DNA of 8,074 nucleotides, from NCBI RefSeq assembly GCF_006345805.1, contig NW_021828278.1, forward strand, positions 1-8,074, read 5' to 3'. Origin of the DNA: Octopus sinensis. Its lineage: Eukaryota. This document shows positions 1-7,272 of this stretch, in pieces (position 1 is the first letter of the stretch; each line of letters begins with the position of its first letter). Made by a program: the position numbers and the translations under genes. Below the pieces are notes generated by a model. It was not told where the DNA came from, did not search any database, and worked only from the letters and a program-made list of their open reading frames with translations.

Positions 1-235
1 AAGACATCTGCTATTTAATAACATACAAATTATTTATTTCATAATGCATATATTTTATCTGTTTCATTTGTGTCATATCTAATTGCTATTACATTTATAG
101 TTACATAACTGGATGTTGCTGTAATATAAAACTGTAAATTGTATGAAAGATATCCAGTTATATAAAAAAGAAAAATTCAATTTTAGTATGTATGTGTACG
201 TGTATAATGTGTATGTTTAAAGAACGGCTGTACAA

Positions 236-310
236 TACACACGCGTGCGCGTGCATACTCGCACACACACACACACACTGATACACACGCATATACGAGC
301 ACACATATAT
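236..310. repeat. Degenerate (CA)n/(CG)/(TA) compound microsatellite
   Basis: Pure (CA)n at 262-278, flanked by alternating purine-pyrimidine sequence (acacacgcgtgcgcgtgc, atacacacgcatatac). Confidence 0.85.
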
Positions 311-423
311 TGCTATGGTGATGGGGACACCTGAGGAGACTTTAACAAATGTCGAAAATTGATCACACATCTCACTGCGAAACTTAGCTTTTCATGAATT
401 TAGGAAACACATAGTTGAGCAAC

Positions 424-480
424 AATCGAACCCTTGACCCAACGATCGTGAAACAAGTACCCTAACCACTAAAGCCACGA
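424..480 (-). mobile_element. Isolated tRNA-derived SINE head (Pol III box A/B)
   Basis: Minus strand reads tcgtggctttagtggttagggtacttgtttcacgatcgttgggtcaagggttcgatt. Box A-like TGGCTTTAGTGG is at 477-466 and box B-like GGTTCGATT at 432-424, with tRNA-like spacing. It shares ccctaaccact (460-470) with the SINE at 1835-1845. No SINE body is recognisable. Confidence 0.55.
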
Positions 481-522
481 GATTAGCCGTCCATTAAATA
501 TAATACTTCCTTGTCTAATTAA

Positions 523-598
523 AGTAGTTCATAGTGAAGATTGTTTGCCAACATAACTCCCACGTTATGTTGGCAAACAATATTTACTACAAAGTACT
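523..598. repeat. Inverted repeat / long hairpin
   Basis: 540-557 is the exact reverse complement of 564-581 (18 bp, loop tcccac). Pairing continues in register out to 523/598: 30 Watson-Crick pairs, 1 G-U and 4 mismatches over 35 positions. Confidence 0.9.
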
Positions 599-1140
599 GT
601 TGCTGAATATCTTTCGTTGTGAGATTTAAAAATAGTAATTTTCTAAAGTAGTCTTGTTATAAAATATAACGATCATATATTTATCTGTGTAAATTAATTA
701 ATGTGTAGTATTTGTTTACGCTTTGTAATTTAAAATTAAAATCTTTCCTGTTGTAAGTTGATAAATAAAAAATCAAATAATTGCAAATATATACTTTTGT
801 CAATGATCGTATATTTTCCTATGATAATATATTAGCTAGTGTGAGTCGAATAGTGTTACATTCTCAGAAAGTTGTTGATATGGCCAGGAAAGACATTTGT
901 TTTGTTTTTTTATTACTTTTTATTATTCGATGAACGTACAAAAGAACGGAATGCAAACACATTACCATAATTCTTGTGACAAGCGGACAACACAGAATAT
1001 CGTCAATTTGACACGCCTCGTCTTTTACGAACCCATTCCTGCCACTCACCTCTCCCTATATATGTGTGCGTGTGTGTGGTGTGTGTATGCATGTATATCA
1101 CCTGCCTTCGTCTTTTGTTTAGTTTTCATAAAGCTTCCCG

Positions 1141-1214
1141 ATATATATATATATATATATATATTCTATATATATATATATAGATAGATAGATAGAAGAT
1201 AGATAGATAGATAG

Positions 1215-1251
<37 letters not shown>
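1141..1251. repeat. (TA)n followed by (GATA)n tetranucleotide microsatellite
   Basis: (TA)n spans 1141-1182 with one ttc interruption. (TAGA)n spans 1181-1251 with two short interruptions. Confidence 0.97.
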
Positions 1252-1338
1252 GAATGTAATTTTTTCCTTGTTAACAATTAACACAGAAAAAATAGATAAC
1301 TTCTGTTAAAATGTCTTATTGGGGAGTTTCATTTCTTC

Positions 1339-1426
1339 ACTTCCCTGAAGAGAAGATTACATTGCTTTGCACCATTTATTCCTTTGAAATAATATCAGTG
1401 AAATCTTCGAAACATGTGTCGGAAGT
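1339..1426 (+). ncRNA. Type I hammerhead ribozyme with complete canonical core, predicted GUC cleavage after 1420
   Basis: Stem I is ACUUCC 1339-1344 / GGAAGU 1421-1426. The core is CUGAAGA 1345-1351. Stem II is GAAGAUU 1352-1358 / AAUCUUC 1402-1408 (G10.1-C11.1), extended by CAUUG 1360-1364 / CAGUG 1396-1400. GAAA is at 1409-1412. Stem III region ACAUGUGU 1412-1419 is followed by C17 at 1420. All conserved core nucleotides are present. Confidence 0.85.
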
Positions 1427-1690
1427 AAAAGTATTTGAATTATACCTGCGTTAAACTCCATTTATATATATATACCTATCACTATGTACTGCTCTGAAAA
1501 AGAGTGTTGGCATCTACGCATTGTGTTCGTGGTGTGTTTAGCTAAGTGGTGGATGTATCCTGATAAAAGAGCAATAATTCTTGAAATATGAACATATACA
1601 AATTACCTATTTTTCTATCATCGACGGCGCTGTTTACTTGGTCTAGCATATTAAAATCTGAAGGTTCACAAAATTGTATTACATACATAT

Positions 1691-1860
1691 GAGAGGGATG
1701 ATCACCATGTGAACAACCCTTATGCTAGAAGTAGATCCGCTATGGTCTTATCACCAAGAAATGTTCGCTCAATAAACACACACAACGCCCGGTCTGGGAA
1801 TCGAAACTGCGATCCTCCGACCACGAGTCCGCAGCCCTAACCACTGGGCATTACGCCTCC
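1691..1860 (-). mobile_element. tRNA-derived SINE, about 170 bp, near full length
   Basis: The minus strand begins ggaggcgtaatgcccagtggttagggctgcggactcgtggtcggaggatcgcagtttcgattcccag. Box A-like TGCCCAGTGG is at 1850-1841 and box B-like GTTTCGATTCCC at 1807-1796. A GC-richer body follows and ends in an (ATGT)-like tail. The element is flanked by acatat at 1685-1690 and 1861-1866, a possible TSD but low complexity. Confidence 0.75.
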
Positions 1861-2237
1861 ACATATATGTAAATACTATGGCAATATTGATCCCATAGAC
1901 GTTGTGTAGGGATCCCGTTGATTAAAATGCAAGGACACATTTATAGGGTCTCGTTTGTTGAGTCGGGCTAAACTTTAACCACGCAACTTATTCATACATC
2001 AGTGAGCGCTGCTCCCGCAGGGCATCAAATTGTGGATAGGCAAAATTGTCGAAATTTAAAAGCAGATTACTCACAACATCTATCCAAAAGTCTAGAAACA
2101 CCGAGCGATTTAACCAGGATTCTATTTTCACAGCGACGCAAATAAATTCAATTAGTTTATAAAACAAATATAATCATTATTTACATTATGACGTTAAGCT
2201 TATCTTCTATGTTTGGGTGTTCCATTAGTTATAGATG

Positions 2238-2463
2238 CACACACACACACACACACACACCACACACACACGCATACATACATCGCTCTCTCTCTCTCTC
2301 TCTCCTCTTCCCTCTTATATATATATATATAATATATATACATACATCATATATATATATATATATACACACACACAATGTACATATACATGTGTACATA
2401 TATCTATTTTTACATAGAAATAAATGTATTATATGAACATCTATATATAGATATATGTATATA

Positions 2464-2521
<58 letters not shown>

Positions 2522-2659
2522 ATATAATATATACATATATACAATGTATGCATATATAAGCATATATATATATATATTTATAACCATTTACATATGTATC
2601 AGTCTGTGTGTGTAACATATATGTACGTATATTAAATGTAAAGTAAGTACACACCACCC

Positions 2660-2692
<33 letters not shown>

Positions 2693-2780
2693 ATTATATA
2701 TATATATACACACACCACACATATATAGTTGTGTATATATATATATATATATGCGCGTGTGTGTGCCTGTGTGTGTATGT
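2238..2780. repeat. Large compound microsatellite (CA)n-(CT)n-(TA)n-(TG)n
   Basis: Directly visible alternating dinucleotide tracts, including a long pure (TA)n near 2471-2515. Confidence 0.97.
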
Positions 2781-2800
2781 GCTTTTGTGTTATTTTCTGA

Positions 2801-2900
2801 TACTTTGTTCTTTGGCATTAGCCTGCGGCCATCTGGGTCACCACCTTCAAAGGTTTCAGTCGATCGCATCGACGCCACAACGTATTTGATCGATCTCTAT
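2801..2900 (-). mobile_element. Degenerate 3' body fragment of an abundant octopus-type SINE
   Basis: The GC-richer island ctgcggccatctgggtcaccaccttcaaaggtttcagtcgatcgcatcgac...tatttgatcgatctct resembles the ctgcggccatgctggagcaccgcc...agtcga...atcgac segment I recall from octopus SINEs. This rests on recall only, not a search. Confidence 0.4.
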
Positions 2901-2993
2901 TCAATGGCTACACAATGCCGCTTGGCACAGCGCTGGTCTTACACTGCTGAACACAAACATAAACACCAGTGTGGAGGCACAGACACTCGCCTT

Positions 2994-3288
2994 ATACATA
3001 CACATATACATACACACACACATATACACACACTGAGACACGCACACACATACACGCAAACGCATACGTACGTATACAAACACAGAACAAACACTCAAAC
3101 ACATATACGTATGCTTGTCCACGTGTACATTTCTATACACTGAAAGATAGAATTTACAGCTTTGAGTTTGTGTATATATGTATGTATATATGTGCGTATA
3201 TGCATGTATGAGTGTGTATATAAATACATATATACATATTTATATTTATATGTATATTTATATATGTATGTGCATATGTGTATGTATT

Positions 3289-3319
<31 letters not shown>

Positions 3320-3383
3320 CTATTTACTATAGTTACATATATATATTTATGTTTATATATGTATATGCATATGTGTATGTATT

Positions 3384-3416
<33 letters not shown>

Positions 3417-3590
3417 CTATTTACTATAGTTACATATATATATTTATGTTTATATATGTATATATATGTCGATGTATGTATGAGTATATGCATGCACATG
3501 CAGAAACAAATACGTTGTGTGTGTGTTTGTGTGTGTGTGTGCGTGTGTGCGTGTCTGTGTGTCTGTGTGTGTGTCCTTGTGCGTGTAGGC
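2994..3590. repeat. Compound (CA)/(TA)/(TG) microsatellite region
   Basis: Alternating dinucleotide tracts with a short unique gap near 3120-3165. Confidence 0.95.
3257..3463. repeat. Tandem duplication, about 2.15 copies of a 95/97-bp unit
   Basis: Units are 3257-3351 and 3352-3448, plus a partial unit at 3449-3463. The unique core ctatttactatagttac occurs at 3320 and 3417. The copies differ by one substitution (3270/3365) and (GT)8 versus (GT)9. Confidence 0.9.
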
Positions 3591-4130
3591 ACTAATTTAT
3601 TCACTTAAATATTCACACACTTTATATTTTAACTTTGTTTCCTCTTTGTTTTATTCAATCATTAACTGGGGCGAATTACTAATTTTATTTTATTAAGATT
3701 TTAAAACTAGTTTTCTTTAAAAAAAAAAAATTCACAACAAATTAAAAATAATAAAAAAATATATACATATATAATCAATTTAACTAATAATTCATCTATT
3801 TTATGCATACGTACTTTTCCACCCATGAGGTCGCCATTAGTGCTACTTTTGTAAAGGAATTCAAAGGGACGTTATAATATATATATTGGATAAATATGTA
3901 TCAGTTAATATTTATCAATAGGGTCCTGGTTTGAAAAGACTTCAGATCAGAGCGTTGAGTTTGAAGTGCGGACAAATGTATCAATAATGTTTGTATCAAA
4001 ATATTTCTATTTATAGTCGAATGTTTATGATGTTGCAGAACAAAAAACTCAGAACGTTTGGTGTATTTATACGCATAAGTTTATTTCTCGAAGCTGAATT
4101 AACCTATGATACACGATGCACTTACAATTG

Positions 4131-4284
4131 CACATATACACACACAAACACACACACACACATGCACACACACGCACACACATACGCACACACACACACA
4201 CACGTACACACATACACACACACACGTATACGTACACATACACATACATACACACACATACACACACACGCGCACACCACATAC
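4131..4284. repeat. Imperfect (CA)n microsatellite
   Basis: Directly visible CA/CG/TA alternation. Confidence 0.95.
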
Positions 4285-4332
4285 AAGCTTCCAAATTATA
4301 CATGTGCAAAATAATTTTATTTAATTCATTTT

Positions 4333-4543
4333 GCAGGAAGGACTAGTTTGGCCGGATCGTGTCCTGCCCTTACCTTCGAAACACGCATTGAGTCGAACCA
4401 GGGGCAGCTGATGAAGGGGAATATTCCTTGTATTGTTTGTCCTGTACTCTGTTTTTTCGTTGTTAAAAAAAGTTCGTTTCCTTGTTTGTTTTACGTTTTC
4501 GTTTCTCGTTGTGTTCTACGTTTATTTGTGGTGTCCTGTACTC
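4333..4543 (+). mobile_element. Short HHR-bearing repeat fragment (Penelope-like/retrozyme-like terminus, inferred)
   Basis: A GC-richer block carrying hammerhead core motifs is followed by a T-rich tail with a 12-bp direct repeat tgtcctgtactc (4438-4449, 4532-4543). It ends directly at (TA)n. The family assignment is inferred from the known HHR-PLE association; no RT or GIY-YIG ORF is visible. Confidence 0.45.
4355..4419 (+). ncRNA. Putative hammerhead ribozyme with reversed strand order (pseudoknotted or trans-assembling)
   Basis: In sequence order: CGUGU-C17 (4358-4363), CUGCCCUU (4364-4371), CCUUC-GAA-ACACG (4373-4385), AGGGGCAG-CUGAUGA-AGGGG (4400-4419). Stem I has 8 bp (1 G-U). Stem III has 5 bp, plus 3 more past a bulge. 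Stem II has about 4 bp with G-U pairs and an extra A after CUGAUGA. Confidence 0.5.
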
Positions 4544-4673
4544 ATATATATATATATATATGCTTGTATATATACATATAGATGTAAGTATGTACACATA
4601 TGTATGTATGCATATGTTTTATTTGTTAAATTGTTATTTTATATATATATATTATATATATATATTATATATA

Positions 4674-4713
<40 letters not shown>

Positions 4714-4737
4714 TATATTTATATTTATACATATATA
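4544..4737. repeat. (TA)n-rich microsatellite
   Basis: Directly visible TA tracts with interruptions. Confidence 0.95.
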
Positions 4738-5565
4738 ATGGCGAATATTTTGGGGTTAGATATGCATGTGTCTGAGATGCGTTTATAATTTTGTGTGGAA
4801 AAATCAATTGAATTTGATGTTTTCTGATGATGTTACAGACAAGAAAGTAGAAAGTGGATTTGCTGGGACAATCTTTAAACCCGTTGTTATCTAAAAAAAA
4901 ATTCATAGACGATTTAATTATGGACGTGGCTCTGTCACGTTGTGCGGTTTTCTGAAACTAATGTTGTGTACGTAAGAGATCGCTTTCATTTTCTGTAATT
5001 AAAAAAAATGTTTCCAGTAGAGTTGAAAAGGAATGAGAAGACGAAAGTTTCTTGTAATCTGTTAAAGAAATTGGAAGTCAAAACTGTTTTTTTTCTGTAT
5101 GAAACAAAAGCGTGACATAGTCGCGCGATTTAGCCATTTTTTTTTTTCGAAAATGGAGCTCATTATATTTTGTACAAGTTAGTATCAGAGAATGGATTTG
5201 AAATTGATTTTAGTGTAGTTGGTAGTTAAACTGCTACATGTTTATGATGATTTCTTTTTCATTCTGAAACCACTATATATGCTTTTAGTAACGTCTGTGT
5301 TTGGTTGAGCGGTAGTTGAGTTTAATGGCCTGATATCGTGTTGTGTTTTCGCAACGAGAATGCGTGGGTTTCTCATATCAAGGATTAGAGCGGTTCAGGT
5401 ATTTCAGATTGTGGATAGGCTTTCGGCAGATAATACACGTAAAATAACAGTTTCTCAGACCTAGAAATTCCTGGCTGTCAACCAATTCCTCTTTACAGAC
5501 GGAATTTTCGGCCTGGAAATCATGCAACTTCATCATCATTTCAACAGCAATATAAAGGATAAATG

Positions 5566-5601
5566 CATACATACATACATAAATATGCGTACATACATAC
5601 A

Positions 5602-5652
<51 letters not shown>

Positions 5653-5665
5653 GTATATGTGTATA

Positions 5666-5712
<47 letters not shown>

Positions 5713-5752
5713 GTATATATATGTGTATATATGTGTGTGTGTGTGTGTGGTG

Positions 5753-5787
<35 letters not shown>

Positions 5788-5814
5788 GTGTTTGTGTGCG
5801 CGTGTGTGTGTGTG
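5566..5814. repeat. Compound (TACA)n-(TA)n-(TG)n microsatellite
   Basis: Directly visible. Confidence 0.97.
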
Positions 5815-6633
5815 ATACTTTCTTACGTATGGTTTAATGTAACTCTTGGAAAGCGATATCAAGTGATTTATGCAGATACCATTTCCAGAGACATTTTCCC
5901 AGAGAAAGAGGGAGCAATCTTGAAGAAACAGGATATATATATCGTCTTGTGGCAGAATACGAATTTCCACATATCTTACTCTCTCAATTTATCTCAGATA
6001 ATCCACGACAAAAAAAAAAAATGATGTGAGATTTTCATTGAAATATCGCCATTATTCAAGACAGCTATAAGGAAACCTACTGCAAGATGTGGGCCTGAAT
6101 GGCGCTGAGTACTGGGAATACATTGATTCCATTGTGACAATATGCAATCGTAACCCTTAAATTTATTGAATTAAAATCGCTATATCTATTACAGCTAATA
6201 TTGTTATATAGAAAGAAATAAAGTTTTCAAGTGCAAACACAATGGAAGCGTATAATTTATGTTGTTTAGGAAACTTCTTATAATATTGAAATCTATCTAC
6301 GCCTAGTCTAAAATATATAGTTATATATTATTAAATTTGTGGAAATCATAAATATCATGGTAGATATATACGTGACGGAAATGATAGAATACAAATGGCT
6401 AGCTGGCGATATAAATTTTCTTCCTTTCTTTCAAAGGTTTTCTCAAGTTCAAACTACAGTATTAAGCAAAGTTGCAGTTACGTAAAGCATAACAGATATT
6501 TGCTATAATTAGAATAAATTCGTTTTTACGAGTTGGAAATAAATGAAGGCATATTGGGAAACGAAGTTAACTGATAGACTACACTCAGCGTGAGATTTGG
6601 AGATACGCTATAACATTCGAAAATGATATATGT

Positions 6634-6653
6634 AAATTTATGCGCATAAATTT
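6634..6653. repeat. Perfect 20-bp palindrome
   Basis: aaatttatgcgcataaattt equals its own reverse complement. Confidence 0.95.
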
Positions 6654-6657
6654 CAGT

Positions 6658-6749
6658 CGCAGGCGTTGCCTTGTGGTAAGAAGCTTGCTTTCCAACCGCA
6701 TCGTTCCGTGTTCAGTCTCAAAGTATACCAGCTTGGGCAAGTATTTTCT
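6658..6749 (+). mobile_element. Degenerate tRNA-derived SINE head (octopus-type), 3' truncated
   Basis: The sequence is cgcaggcgttgccttgtggtaagaagcttgctttccaaccgcatcgttccgtgttcagtctc...cttgggcaagtattttct. Box A-like TTGCCTTGTGG is at 6666-6676 and box B-like GTTCAGTCTC at 6710-6719. It resembles the octopus SINE head as I recall it. Confidence 0.6.
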
Positions 6750-6844
6750 CTGTTTTTTGTTTTTTTTATTATTATACCTTCGAAACAAACAAATCCTTTT
6801 GAGTAGACTTGGTATACGGACACTTAAAACGAAGCCATCGCATT

Positions 6845-6846
6845 TA

Positions 6847-6880
<34 letters not shown>
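6845..6880. repeat. (TA)n microsatellite
   Basis: Directly visible. Confidence 0.97.
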
Positions 6881-6884
<4 letters not shown>

Positions 6885-7086
6885 TAATCCAAACAAGAAA
6901 GCACAAAAAAACACAACAACGCGAGGACGTGGAACAAATATAGTATTATTGGACGCCCAGGAAAGAAGGGGTGTTTAACGTTTCGAGTGGAGCTCTTCGT
7001 CGGAAACATAGGAGAATGAAAGATCCAGAGAAGGGAAGACAGAGGGGAAAAAATCGCCAACGGTACACACGAGGTCACATTTTGAA
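6881..7086 (-). mobile_element. HHR-bearing repeat fragment, probable Penelope-like element terminal (pLTR) piece
   Basis: On the minus strand a pyrimidine-rich leader precedes a minimal hammerhead, then a T-rich tail ends exactly at (TA)n. Minimal HHRs with palindromic stem III are an established feature of PLE termini. The boundaries are approximate. Confidence 0.55.
6972..7008 (-). ncRNA. Minimal type I hammerhead ribozyme (dimer-type), U4C core variant, predicted GUU cleavage between 6977 and 6976
   Basis: Minus strand reads UGUUU CCGACGA A GAG cucca CUC GAA ACGU U AAACA. Stem I is 5 bp and stem II is 3 bp with G10.1-C11.1. Stem III is the loopless palindrome ACGU within AACGUU. Confidence 0.7.
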
Positions 7087-7205
7087 AGATGAAAAATATA
7101 AGGCCGTTATGCATTACTCTAACAAGTTGTCCTGCACTTTTCCAAATGTAATAAATTGTCCTGTATTTTTTTAAGAACATTATTTCTCTTGCTCACATTC
7201 CTCTG

Positions 7206-7216
7206 TATATATATGT

Positions 7217-7268
<52 letters not shown>

Positions 7269-7272
7269 GTGT
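7206..7272. repeat. (TA)n-(TG)n microsatellite
   Basis: Directly visible. Confidence 0.97.

Noticed and set aside
424-1860. Functional tRNA genes at the box A/B sites (424-480, 1796-1860)
   Set aside because: I could not build an intact cloverleaf or acceptor stem and saw no Pol III terminator in the expected position. They are better explained as SINE heads.
4336-4411. Exon after the ttttgcag acceptor-like site at 4336
   Set aside because: The frames stop early or run into T-rich and TA repeat sequence with no clear donor. The block is better explained by the hammerhead-bearing repeat.
4373-4419. Canonical type II fold using GUC at 4392-4394
   Set aside because: Stem I cannot form from gaaccaggggcag, and stem III would have only 2 bp before a mismatch.
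4824-4860. CTGATGA...GAAA at 4824-4846 as a hammerhead
   Set aside because: It lacks the G10.1-C11.1 pair and a valid stem III/NUH site, and nothing downstream complements the upstream gtttt for stem I.
5378-5602. Minus-strand ORF with CIICRKP as a zinc finger
   Set aside because: It has only one CxxC pair, no second ligand pair in a known spacing, and it starts within a microsatellite.
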